Below are positions 42,482 to 53,858 of a DNA stretch of 64,000 nucleotides, piece by piece. The notes beneath the pieces were generated by a model. That model made no database searches. It had not been told where the DNA came from and was given only the letters and a program-made list of their open reading frames with translations. Every line of letters starts with the position of its first letter. Positions within the stretch are counted from its first letter, which is position 1. Origin of the DNA: a virus; IMG/VR virus record IMGVR_UViG_3300010885_044958, positions 32,001 to 96,000 of that record; one strand, written 5' to 3'. Both the position numbers and the translations under genes were made by a program.

Positions 42482-43042
42482 TTGTTTTATATTTTGTGAT
42501 TTATAAAAAATTTTAATTTATTTGTATGCACCCAGATCTACATAATTCTACATGGCATCTCCAATAACCACCATTACTATCTGTAAACTTAGATACTTTA
42601 TTCATTGCGCCATGATTTTTGCAATGCGGCGTTTTCATAATTTTTTCAGAATCAGAATGCAAATACACTAATTCAAAATTAGAATTACCATCATCTATTG
42701 GTTTTATTTCCATATAAAAAATTTTTAACTATTTTGCATTTACTCTTTACTTAAGACTTAAAAAAAGAGCTACTAGACTAATTAATAATCTAATAGCTCT
42801 CTGTGGAAAGTTCAATCTGCAATTCTTACGGTACAGATTACTGGCGACTATTCTAGCTTGCCATAGCTAAAATTATTTTAATAATTCAATATTAACTATT
42901 AACTGATATTGCTCTTGGACATATTACTACTCTCAGTAAGCTATAATTCCTCTTGCCAGTTTGGACCCGTGCTATTATAGTAGTTAAATACTTGTGAATA
43001 TACATAGAGATTAATCTATATATTATTGAATTATTTTTGTAG

Positions 43043-43113
43043 TACCTCTGGCAGGTAACGGGCCTGCGCACTCCAAATTAGAAGTTTGGTGCTCTTCACT
43101 GAGCTACAGAGGC
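43043..43113 (-). tRNA. tRNA-Arg(UCU), non-canonical D- and T-loops
   Basis: Full cloverleaf: GCCTCTG/CAGAGGT, GCTC/GAGC, CCAAA-CTTCTAA-TTTGG, GCAGG-CCCGTTA-CCTGC; CCA not encoded. Confidence 0.8.
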
Positions 43114-43120
43114 TTATATA

Positions 43121-43624
43121 TTAAATTATATTTTTATAACTTTTGCCTCTGATAATATCAGAAACAACTGTTCTTTTAATATTAAAAATTTCTGCAATTT
43201 CATTTACTAATAAATGTTTACTAGTTTTTAATAATAATTTTATTTCTTTAACTTGTTCTTCGGTTAACTTTCTATTTACAGGAATATTGCCATTCTCAAA
43301 TTTATGGCCTTCTGGTATTTTCATTCGGCCCTTCTTTAGACAATCTTGCATATTATCTTTAGGTGTTCCTAAAAACAAATGATCTGGATTAACACAAGAA
43401 GGATTGTCACAATGATGACATACAAAAATTCCTTTGGGTATTTCACCTTTATGAAGCATAAAACTTAGTCTGTGCATGTCCATCATTTTTCCTTTTACTT
43501 TTATTGAACCATAACCATTACGTTTTGCTCCAGTCCAATTCCAGCAAGAATCTGTTTTTTCAGTTCTTTCAAATAATTTTTTTGTTAAAAAATCTCTTTC
43601 TAATTCTTCCATAATTTGTATCAT
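43121..43624 (-). CDS. HNH homing endonuclease
   Basis: CWNWTG...GYG...HRLS...VCHHCDNPSCVNPDHLFLGT..DN, with a C-terminal HTH. Confidence 0.92.
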   Translation of the reverse strand: MIQIMEELERDFLTKKLFERTEKTDSCWNWTGAKRNGYGSIKVKGKMMDMHRLSFMLHKGEIPKGIFVCHHCDNPSCVNPDHLFLGTPKDNMQDCLKKGRMKIPEGHKFENGNIPVNRKLTEEQVKEIKLLLKTSKHLLVNEIAEIFNIKRTVVSDIIRGKSYKNII

Positions 43625-43692
43625 AGACTAACTTGATAATCTACAATACAAATATACGAAAGTTTTGTGGAACCACAAAATGTAGTTCGTAG

Positions 43693-44140
43693 TGGACCCG
43701 GTGTCATCGCAGACACGTCTACGCAATCATCTGCTCACAGAATTTTTACATGTTTTAGCATAATTTTCTTTCTATGCAAATATTCTATTTTTTAATATTT
43801 TCAGATTTCCTTAGTATTCAATCACCGAAGTGATACTCTATAGTCGGCAAATAATCCAATATTGGTATACTCTAGAAAAAATACCAAACAATTCAATTTA
43901 GTTGTCTTAGAACTGTTTTAATAACCAGACGCTGATGTTGTGAATTATGCACAAACAGCTTCAACATTGGAAGAGCAAAGGCTGTTCAAGAACAGATCAA
44001 TATTGCCTTCAGAACCTACTGTTACGTTAGACGTATTAGTGTTTACATTTATTGTTTATATAGCTTATTTGATGGAAGCCAATACTACTCCATACATGCC
44101 TGCTCACCTATAAATCCCGCATCAATTCTAAAACGGGCCC
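43693..44140 (-). ncRNA. ssrA: tmRNA
   Basis: 5' GGGCCCG pairs with 3' CGGGTCC-A, with a G3.U70 alanine determinant; GCATG/CATGT helix; internal tag ORF 44046-43945 after AATAAAT, ending EAVCA-stop. Confidence 0.85.
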
Positions 44141-44204
44141 AATTTAAAGATAGACACAAATCCGTTAAGATTCATGCCTATCTAGATTTTTTTGTAATAT
44201 GTTT

Positions 44205-46037
44205 TTAATTATTTTCTGGTATTACTAAATCTGGTAATTCTAATGCGTGATTTTGACGGTCCAACATGTTCTCTAAGCCATGCCAGATGTGATTGATTAT
44301 TGATTGCCCAGTCGATTTTTTAATTTTTTCTGGCGCATTCTTTTGCAATAATAATCTTCTTTCTTCAGACCTAAGCTTTATATCTTCTTTAGATCTTATT
44401 CCTTCAGTATATATATTTATTATACCTGATTCTCTACAAGATCTTTTTCTTTCTAAATCTGTTGTAGAAATAGTGTGTATTGCGCCATGAATTTTTTTGG
44501 CTCCGTTAAATACTAGTTTTGCTGACATGTTTTTGAGTTTTTAAATTGTTATAAATCTACTTTTTATTTAAAGATTTTCTCCATTCAGAAAATGCATTCT
44601 TTTCTGCATCTTTTTCTTGTTTGCCTCGGTAAAAATTTGGATCTTTTACTAATGGGTAATCAATTGGACTTGTGGAAATTCCCACAAATGATGGATGCTT
44701 ACTCCAGTGTTGATAACTTGATTCTACTTGTTTTCTTTCTACTGACATTTGTTTAATTTAAGACCATTTAATCTTTGCACAATATTTATTTTTCCAAGCT
44801 TTAAATCCTTCTATTATAGGATTAGGTGTTTTTGGTTTTGATTCTTCATATAATTTATATGCATTTTTCTTTGCAAAATATTTTATTATTTCTGCAATAC
44901 CAAATCCTATAGCAATAATAGCAACAAAACATAATAAAAAGAATAACATTGTTCCAAATCCTATTAAATACCAATAATGAGATATTGGTTGTTTTTTATC
45001 CCACCACATTGTATAGCAAACTATAGAGATAAAAACATGTATAAATCCCCATCCTGCTGGTACACCATCATCTGGATTTTTTCTGTCTAAACAAAAATTT
45101 AATACATGTGCGGGCCATCCTGGAATTGCTAAAATACAAGCAAATACTAAAGACCAGAAAAATCCACAAATATTTCCAGGAAGACTATATGTATGGTAAG
45201 TACTGCGCCAAAGCCATGCATACCAACTATTTTCTTTAAATTCTAATTCTTTCATAAGTTTTTTTATTTAATTTATTCCGTAAATGCTCAAAATCTTGCG
45301 TTCATTCTCAAAAAAATCTCTGGTTGAGGCGCATTTAAGCAAAACACTTTGTAAAGATACTAATCTTTTTTTAGAATTGGTAATTAATTCTTTTATTTCT
45401 TTTATCTTATTTAGATCTTCTACTAGAGCATTTGAGACATACTCTAATAGTTCCAGATCCTCGCAGCTATCACCTAAGGAATAGATGTAACCGTCTAATA
45501 TGTCACTAGCTGCATTTGCAATTTTATGAATTTTTTTAGGATTTTGCATTTTAATTTTTTTAAAAAATCTGGGGCGCATTTTATTACTAAAACACTATTC
45601 AATAATCGAGGAACTCAAAAAACCTTACTATTAAACTTATACCCCAGACTTAAATTATTTAATAAGCATATTTTGAATTTTTGCGCTCTTCATAATCCGA
45701 ATCTTGCCAGTCAAGCTCACCTTCATCTTCAAAATCATCATCTTCATCTTCTACTATAATTACAGGTCTTTTAGACTTAGGTATAAATTCTGAATCATCA
45801 CTAATTGAGTGTTTGTTGGTCTTCTTGTTAGTTTGCGTTTTCATTTTTTAAGTTTTAATGAATGTGATCAAAAAATAATTGTTCTAGTTTTATTAAATTT
45901 TCAAGCTCAAAAATTGATTTCTTTTTCAAATGCATTTTGTCTATAAAAAAATATTTTTTCTCGTGCAATCTATAAAACTTCACAGCTTTATACAAGACTT
46001 TTATTAAATCTTCTAATGAATCTATTTTAGTCTTCAT
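44205..46037 (-). CDS. small early-type hypothetical proteins (44205-44528, 44557-44748, 44758-45255 multi-TM, 45268-45579, 45659-45844, 45855-46037)
   Basis: ORF track; co-directional array. Confidence 0.5.
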
Positions 46038-46208
46038 TCAGCCTCGTGATTTTCAAATGTCTTTTTAATAATATGCCTCTTCTTGTTTGCCTTATGATTT
46101 TTGTGTAGACTATGATCCTTCTTAGGTTTAGATATTATACCTAAAAATACATTTATAGCGATATTAAGTGCTCGTTGATGTTTTTGCTTGAGTTTCTTCA
46201 TAAGTTTT

Positions 46209-46784
46209 TTAGTTTTTTAGTTTTTTCCGAATTTTATAAATAGAATTTTCTATTGTTTTGGTGCTGCATTTGTATTTTTTTGCTAATTCTCTGGCATTAT
46301 AACCTTGCGCAAACATTAAAATTTTTTTATACTCCGCTCTAGTCAATTTGTTTTTAACTGCTAACAATTCTTCAGCACATTCTAATTGTAAATCTATTCC
46401 GGCTTCTTGTTCAGGACTAACCCAATCATAGAAATTTTGATAAGACACATCTCCAATTACATCAGCTTGCCGTAAAGTTCTAGGTTTATCTGACATTTTA
46501 CCAGATATCATCCATTTATTTAGATTTTTTAGTCTATTTAAAAAAACAGTATTGATTATTTTTTGCATCCACAAATTTAATTCCCCGTATGTAGTGCCTT
46601 GAAATTGCAAAATTTTTTCACGCAAACGCATAAATGAATCATTAATAACTTCTTCGACTAATTGTTTATCTAAACACTTTTTTAGAAGCATTTTCTGATA
46701 TAAAGCATAAGTTTTCTCATAGAAATTATCAATTATACCATTTTTTATATCTTCTACTGCATCTATTTTATCTTGTTCTGTCAT
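46209..46784 (-). CDS. ECF/sigma70-like RNA polymerase sigma factor
   Basis: Region 2-like EEVINDSFMRL...LWMQKIINTVFLN; region 4 HTH GYNARELAKKYKCSTKTIENSIYKIRKKL. Confidence 0.75.
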   Translation of the reverse strand: MTEQDKIDAVEDIKNGIIDNFYEKTYALYQKMLLKKCLDKQLVEEVINDSFMRLREKILQFQGTTYGELNLWMQKIINTVFLNRLKNLNKWMISGKMSDKPRTLRQADVIGDVSYQNFYDWVSPEQEAGIDLQLECAEELLAVKNKLTRAEYKKILMFAQGYNARELAKKYKCSTKTIENSIYKIRKKLKN

Positions 46785-46785
46785 T

Positions 46786-48064
46786 CTAAATCTTGATTAT
46801 TAAACCATTTACCAAAACTACTTGTGTATTTCTTTTTTTTTGCAAATCCCCCCATACACAAAGATTTAATATAATTGTACCCAATGTATTTATTATTGGC
46901 ACAAACCAAAAAAATCTTGCACCACATGCAGATTTAAGCCAAATGTCGTGTTTTGCACACAACCTAGCTGCATTTCTACATCCAAATATACTTAGAATAT
47001 AAATACTTATTAAAATTATTATTATCATTCTACTAATTTTTGTATTAATTCAAAATATTTTTCTACAGCTATTTCTATTAGCATAAATTCACATTGCCCA
47101 GTAAAAATCCAAAAAATGCAACAGGCAATTACACCCACACACATAATAGGACAAATAAAAGGAACAAATATTACAGCTAATATAACTGCTGTAAGTCTTT
47201 TTAGTATTTTCATAAATTATTTTTTAAAAACGCTTGTTCTTACAATGAATCTACAAACAACCTATAGTATTTTTATTATATTCTAGATGCAAGCACAGAA
47301 ATTTCCCGTGTAATACGTGCTCTGTCTAAATCTGACAATAATACAAATTCATCAGCTTTACATTCTTTAGTTACTTTTGTATTAGATTCTAATTGTGCCT
47401 TCAAAAAATTTAAGGTTCGCACTCTACGTTTTCTGGCTGATGCCTGTTTGCTCCATGTTTTCATACACTTCTTAGCTTTTAATTGTTATATAATAATTGT
47501 TTGTAATACATTTTTAAAAAACTGCATGTGAGCTGTCTAAGACATTTATCCTATCAATAAGGCCACTCACATACAGAACTCAATCTTTAAGCTTTTACTA
47601 ACTCCTTCAAATCTGCCAAACTGTGATAGATTTTTGTTACTTTTTTGTTTTGTTGTGTGCGCTTTGAGATTGCTACTTTTACCCTATCATTAGGATGCGT
47701 AGCAGGTAAAAACTTGCGTCCAATTTTTGGAAAATTAGAGGCATCTTCTGTTAGTGGAACTTCTTTTACTTCTCCACCAATTACGAATACTGTTGGTTTC
47801 TTGTTCATATATTTGAGTTTTTAAATATTATAAATTTATATCAAGCACATTTATATTAGTAAATACCTTTTTTTTATCTAAAATTACAAATTTGTATTTA
47901 TCTGTAATCTTATTAATTCTTTTTTTAATATCTTCTATTGTTTTTGCATCATTTTTTATAGTGTAAAGGCACATACTAAAATTCTTAGAGTTATAATGCC
48001 CCAGCTCATCATCAATAAATTCATTTACTAATGCATTAAATATTTTATTATTTGTGTTTGGCAT
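46786..48064 (-). CDS. small hypothetical proteins, the first two membrane proteins (46786-47028, 47025-47213, 47276-47464, 47587-47808, 47828-48064)
   Basis: ORF track. Confidence 0.5.
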
Positions 48065-48540
48065 TTCTAATAATTTTATTAGATACTAAAGCTTTTATTA
48101 TATATTGTGCATCTGCGCCTGGAAATTTTTTATTTATTTCAGTTGAATGCCATTTTCCTTTTAAATTTGCAAAATAATTTCCTGCTATTAGTGTTTCATT
48201 ACTCATATTCTTTTATTTAAATTCTTAGTGTATAGATTTAGATTGATTTGCGTTTTAATTTTTTAAAATAAGCAACCTGCTTTGATGAATAGGCTGGTAA
48301 ATAAATCAAGTTAAGGCAAAGCCTATAGCCTACAAAACTCTGCCTTAACTATGTCTTACCTGCTCAGCACGAATGAGTTTTGGCTAATACCAGGAGTACC
48401 AAGTTAAGAAGACCTTTGTATTATTTAAAAGTAATAATTGCAATCTATTGAAAAAATATATTATAATTATTATTATACGTGCAGAATATGCTACGATAAT
48501 GTCATCCCAACTATATTGACTAATTTCCTTGTTGGTTGGG

Positions 48541-48648
48541 CATAAAAAACCCGTTGAGTGTTCGCCTTGGAAGCTTTCTCAACGGGTCAGATATATATTT
48601 GACTATAAATCCCTTATTTGCGTTTCCAAGGCGAACAAATAAAATATA
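48541..48648 (-). promoter_or_regulatory. orphan promoter plus terminator/antiterminator leader
   Basis: TATATTTTA box, a 14-bp complementary pair and a 10-bp terminator stem, followed only by a 7-codon ORF. Confidence 0.55.
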
Positions 48649-49012
48649 CAACTAATTTTTGAAATAAAAAAATGCAACAAAATAGGTGGCTTGAGTTCTT
48701 CGTAGAATTATGATATTATCTCCTTAGTCTCTAAGCAACATCCACCACAGCTCTAGATTACATTGTCTATTTTATTACAATTTCTTTTAAAATGCGCCTA
48801 GAAAATTAGAAAAAATCCCAGGCATTTATTTAAGTGAAACTGTATTTACAGATACAGTATCTTTTCTGATGCAAATTTACACCAAAATAATTTATAAACC
48901 AAATTTATTTATCCTATATTCCAAGGACTATTAGAATCTTTTCTTACAAACCAAGATGCTTTCTTTGGTTTTCTTATTAATAATTTCTTTAATATATTAT
49001 ATATTTTGTGCA

Positions 49013-49924
49013 TTATTGTACAAATTCAATTGTATAATCTTTTTGTAAATGTATTATTACGTCATGCCCAATAACAATATTTCTACCTGTTGGATATGTT
49101 ACAGTATATTGCACTTTTTTATTTAAAATTTCTGGTTCAAGATGCATGTTATCACCAACGATATTAGCCATTATAGCATTTACAGTTCCGTTATCAATTG
49201 TTGCAATTTTTACTTTTTCTTTATTTAAGATTAATATTTTCATATTTTATTTTTTAAAATGCATTTATTTCTTTATTTCAAGACTTTTAATTAATATAAA
49301 TAGAACAATAAACCCATTAATACGTGGAATTCGCTTTTTAAATCGCTTATTACTGCTCTATTTATATTAATCTAATTATTTATATATCAGTTGCATCCTA
49401 TAAAATTTTTGATTTCGCAAATTCCTTTAAACTAAAGTATTCTTTAAAATACCACATAGGAAACCTAAAACCTTGCTTTGCTAATAATCTAATACTAGTC
49501 TTTATTGTAACATTATTTAATGTATCCATGAGTTTTGATTTTATACTTGTTTTGAAATATTTTCTTTTATAATATGTATTGGTATTTTTGCAAGTGTATA
49601 ATAATCATCCTCTGAAAACATTGCATATGCACCTTCATAATTAGTTGCGTCATATTTATTTAAAATTAACGATATACACTTACCATTAGATTTCAAATTA
49701 AGAAATTGATAATCTTCCAAAGAACCATCTCTTCTACATTCTTCTTTAATTCGTTTGTCAAATTCTAATTCTAAAGAAATACTGCCTTCTTTTATTTGTT
49801 CTGAAATATATTTTTCTAATAATTCAATATTTTCAGGAGCATTTAATTCTAAATTATACTTTATTAATTCACCAATAACTATTCTTGGCTTCTTTTTTAT
49901 ACCTAATAATGCTAACAATCCCAT
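49013..49924 (-). CDS. hypothetical proteins (49013-49243, 49541-49924)
   Basis: ORF track. Confidence 0.5.
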
Positions 49925-49980
49925 TTTTTGAGTTTTAAAATGTGTTTATATAATAATTAATTAAAAATAGATAATAGCCA

Positions 49981-50049
49981 AGATCGTATAAGAGTTGAAC
50001 CTATATCTTTACACAAAATGTAACACTTTAACCGTTAAGCTAACCACCT
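49981..50049 (-). pseudogene. degenerate tRNA-like element
   Basis: TAGCTTAACGGTTAAAG D-arm, TTACA/TGTAA anticodon stem, GGTTCAACTC T-arm; shortened anticodon loop and imperfect acceptor stem. Confidence 0.5.
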
Positions 50050-50283
50050 TAGCTATTATCTAAGAACTTATAAAAATAGATAAAATATACATTTATTTTA
50101 TTAAAATGCGTTTTTCGCCTCATTTTATCGAAGGCTGTGCAATTAGCTATTCTGCACTCTATGTCTCAATTCATCCATCTATTACGTAATTCGGGAAACT
50201 GTGAGAAACAGTAAAATGTATATTTTATCTAATGTGTTGCATTTTTTCAAAAATTTCTGCGCAAATACCTATACACCAAGACT

Positions 50284-51093
50284 TTATTTACTAGCTTTTA
50301 TTCTACTATCTACCTGTACAGCATGTGAGAGTTTGTATTCTGCTAACCATTCTCGAATTTTATCTGCCCACCAACTTTCTTCATACGTATCAGGGTAACT
50401 ATCAGTTTTACCTATACCTTGTAAAATTATTTCAAAAATTTGTGTATCTGTCCATCCTGTACTACATACTACAGGTAGATTCTTTGCTGCACTATCATAC
50501 GCTGCCATCCAAAAATCATGTGCTTTACTATCAGATACTTTATCAGCTTCTTCTCTATTCAGCTTTGCATATTCACGTTCTGCTATTTCTCCCACACTAC
50601 CTGTTGGTTGTACAGACTGAGACTGTATATCGGCACCATGATTATCTCTCTTGTAATATTCCAAGAGTTGTGTACAATTGTGCAGTCCTCTTTGTGAATA
50701 CGTTTGCATAAAGTCAATCATATCTTTATCTGACCAACTACCCGATTTTTGCTGAGATTGTATAGCTGCATTATATCCTGCACGACACCCTTTCATGAAT
50801 ATGTTGTTATCGTACTCTTCTGTTTGATGACTATCAAAATCAGGTGTATCGGGTTTCCCATATCCATAACTTGTTGCCAATGTTGCCAATATCTTCTCTA
50901 CCTCTTCCTGAGTAAGTCTAGATACTGGTGTATGTGCTACAGTTTTTGATTTTGCAAATAACTGTTCTAACTCCGCAAATGATTCAGCTATACACGCTCT
51001 ACCAGAATTATAGTAATATTTACCGTATTGACTGATTCCTTTACTTTGCATCCACTGTAACATATCCTGTGGTATTGTCTGTTGCTGTTCCAT
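50284..51093 (-). CDS. hypothetical mosaic protein
   Basis: 269-aa ORF with short internal repeats (IQSQ; WSD/WTD). Confidence 0.6.
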   Translation of the reverse strand: MEQQQTIPQDMLQWMQSKGISQYGKYYYNSGRACIAESFAELEQLFAKSKTVAHTPVSRLTQEEVEKILATLATSYGYGKPDTPDFDSHQTEEYDNNIFMKGCRAGYNAAIQSQQKSGSWSDKDMIDFMQTYSQRGLHNCTQLLEYYKRDNHGADIQSQSVQPTGSVGEIAEREYAKLNREEADKVSDSKAHDFWMAAYDSAAKNLPVVCSTGWTDTQIFEIILQGIGKTDSYPDTYEESWWADKIREWLAEYKLSHAVQVDSRIKASK

Positions 51094-51433
51094 ATTCTAT
51101 TTGTTTGTATTAAGTAAATATTGCAAATTTACAAAAATTTTTTAAACTTAGCGCATTTAAAGCTTGGCAATTATTCTTCATTTACCCACATAATAAATTC
51201 TAACATTTTTGCAGTTAATCCTGTTATTATATACATAGGTAAATATTGCTTATTTCCTAAAATTGCAAACGCAACTGACCATAAAACAACAAGCATACAT
51301 ATTATTCTTGCAATTGTATATTTTTTCATTTTTGAGTTTTTTAAGATTAAATAATAATTTTCAATTTTTAAGACGCAATATAATACAAAAATAAGTTTAG
51401 CCTTTGATATAATCTCCAGCTAAACTCAAATTC

Positions 51434-51799
51434 TTATTCACCAATAGATTCTTCAAAGTCTTCAAAATAACCTCTATTACCATTTCTATCCATTCCATAA
51501 TACATTCCTTGCGGTGCGTTTGAATAAATTTCATTAGAAGCCTCTTCATAAGACCAAGGAGTTTCATCATATTGCCCACCTTCTGGCAATTTTTCAAGCC
51601 CGGCAATTTCTTCAAGAATATCATCTATTTCAGCTTGCTGTTCATCCCTATACCAACCATATTCAAGATTACTCTGATAATTATCAGATACATCTTCAAT
51701 ATCTTCAGCCGTGCAATGTGAAGGCTTATTATCTACAAGCTCTTGTTTTATTTTAAGAACTTGCAATTTCAATTCGTCAATTTTTTCAAGATTTGTCAT
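51434..51799 (-). CDS. acidic hypothetical protein
   Basis: ORF track; AAACTCAAA motif upstream. Confidence 0.55.
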   Translation of the reverse strand: MTNLEKIDELKLQVLKIKQELVDNKPSHCTAEDIEDVSDNYQSNLEYGWYRDEQQAEIDDILEEIAGLEKLPEGGQYDETPWSYEEASNEIYSNAPQGMYYGMDRNGNRGYFEDFEESIGE

Positions 51800-52345
51800 A
51801 ATAAATAGTTTTTTGAGTTTTAAATGTGAAAATTTTTTAACAAATGCGCAATATATTATACTAACAAATCACTTCAATAAGTCAGTATTGCCTCTCCTGT
51901 ATAATAAATAAAATATAATTGCCTTAACCTAGCAATCTTGTAAATGCAAATAGGTGTGAAATAATCACAATTGATAGTTATACTGGAATATCAGCCTTTG
52001 ATCCGTAACAGCGTTATTCGGTGTCATGCTCGCGTTCTTATTGCAATCAGAATAGTTCTTTTGAATAGTTAGAACTAACAACATCTATTTGTGAATGAAA
52101 AAATGTACAATTTTGCAGTAAAATTGATACCCACATAAAGCAAAGGTTTAGTTACAGATACCTATAAACTGCTATATTACTTGAAGTCAAGGTTATGATC
52201 CTTATTTCTCGAACTCATTGGCATTGCACCAATCTTAGCTTATATAGAACTATTGTAAAATAAAATTATAAAAATAGCTCGGCAATCAATTAAAAAGAGC
52301 TAACGCAAACCAATATTACTATCAGTCTACGTTAACTCAAAGAGA

Positions 52346-52585
52346 TTAATCAACAAGTTTATCACCTGTTGTGCGATATTTCTTTACTATATCACGAGTA
52401 ATAGTAAAAGAACATACTTCGATAGTATATCCTTCTGCTTTAAAATGATGTAGTTCACATTCAAAAGGTAATTCAGGTATACCTGTTGTTTGTCCTGGAT
52501 AAATAGTTGCCTCACTATTGTTGACAACATCTTCTTCTACTATTTGTCCTTCTGCATCTTTGATGGCATAATAAACTGGTATCAT
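52346..52585 (-). CDS. hypothetical protein
   Basis: Start moved to MIPVYY, downstream of an AAACTCAAA motif. Confidence 0.5.
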   Translation of the reverse strand: MIPVYYAIKDAEGQIVEEDVVNNSEATIYPGQTTGIPELPFECELHHFKAEGYTIEVCSFTITRDIVKKYRTTGDKLVD

Positions 52586-52732
52586 AATTGAAATGTTTTT
52601 TGAGTTTGAATATAAAATATAATTATATTTTCGTCCAAGTCTGATCACAAACTAATTTTAAAGTCTCCTTGGCTGACTGATTTGGAATATTGAGTTTATT
52701 TATGTATATTTTATTATACTAAACTCAATTAT

Positions 52733-53332
52733 ATGGTTTATTTTATCGGTAATAAAGAAAAACAATTAGTAAAGATAGGTAAAGCTAATCAACCCAAAAG
52801 AAGAATCGAAGAAATACAAGTAGGGTTTCCTTATCAACTTGAGATATTTTTGATAATAGAAGGCAATGAAGCAATTGAAAAAACTCTTCACAATAAGTTT
52901 AAAAATAAACACATTAGAGGAGAATGGTTTATATTAGATGAAGATATATTATCATTTATTGACAATCCTCAAATAGAAATTAATACAATATATCAAGACT
53001 CTTTAGATCATATGGTTAGATATAGTAAAGAAACAGAAAACAAAATTGAACTATTATATTCTAAATCTATGTCTAATATAGAAATAGCTAATCAATTAAA
53101 TATTAATATTTCTAAAGTGAGAAAAATTATTAAACAAAGAAAATTAGCTAGTAAATATAGAATATATAAAGAATATAAAAACAAATTAACATCGCAATAT
53201 AATAAAGATAGAAATATTAGAAAAAAATACAGAGAATTATATAGAAAATCTCTAATAACTAAAGAACAATTAGATAATATACTTCTTCAATATCCCACTA
53301 AAGATAAAAGAGGTAGAAAACCTAATGAATAA
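52733..53332 (+). CDS. GIY-YIG T5orf172/MUG113-like nuclease with an HTH
   Basis: VYFI...VKIG...RRIEEIQVG...EKTLH...RGEWF; own promoter at 52681-52713. Confidence 0.8.
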   Translation: MVYFIGNKEKQLVKIGKANQPKRRIEEIQVGFPYQLEIFLIIEGNEAIEKTLHNKFKNKHIRGEWFILDEDILSFIDNPQIEINTIYQDSLDHMVRYSKETENKIELLYSKSMSNIEIANQLNINISKVRKIIKQRKLASKYRIYKEYKNKLTSQYNKDRNIRKKYRELYRKSLITKEQLDNILLQYPTKDKRGRKPNE

Positions 53333-53858
53333 TTTATTTACCATGTTTAAAGTCTTGGAAGGAACATAAAGACTAAAATTTTTCACGAAAACGCATTTAA
53401 TTATAAATATCTACTAGATAAACAAATTATCTTATTATTTACCTAAAGACTATAATTAAATAAGTTTAGGTCTAAGGTAAAAGAATGTGTTTAATAGGTC
53501 TTGAATAAAGAATATCCATATTCGTGCGCAAACGTTAATTAATTTTAACAAATATTCAGAGCAAAACAACTAAGATAAATGTATGATAAGTTACAACAAT
53601 TCCATCAATTCACACTAAATAATTCTAAATTATACAATAGAGTGTGCAAACAACTATAGTTCTGCCTGCACATGGATTACTATTATCCACTCTACTGTAA
53701 TGATTTGTAATAAATTAGAATTGCATCTAACAAAAATAGAATAGTTTGACTTTAATGGTATGGAGAAATGATATGTTTATAGTATTCTACCTCTATTAAA
53801 TGCAATTCTAATAAATAATGTTATTAAATAAATATATAATATTATAAATAAAGCTAAT

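Noticed and set aside
42800-43042. tRNA-associated HDV-like (theta), twister or hammerhead ribozyme
   Set aside because: I could not fit the conserved cores by eye, and the tRNA trailer is A/T-rich. Kept only as an unassigned structured element.
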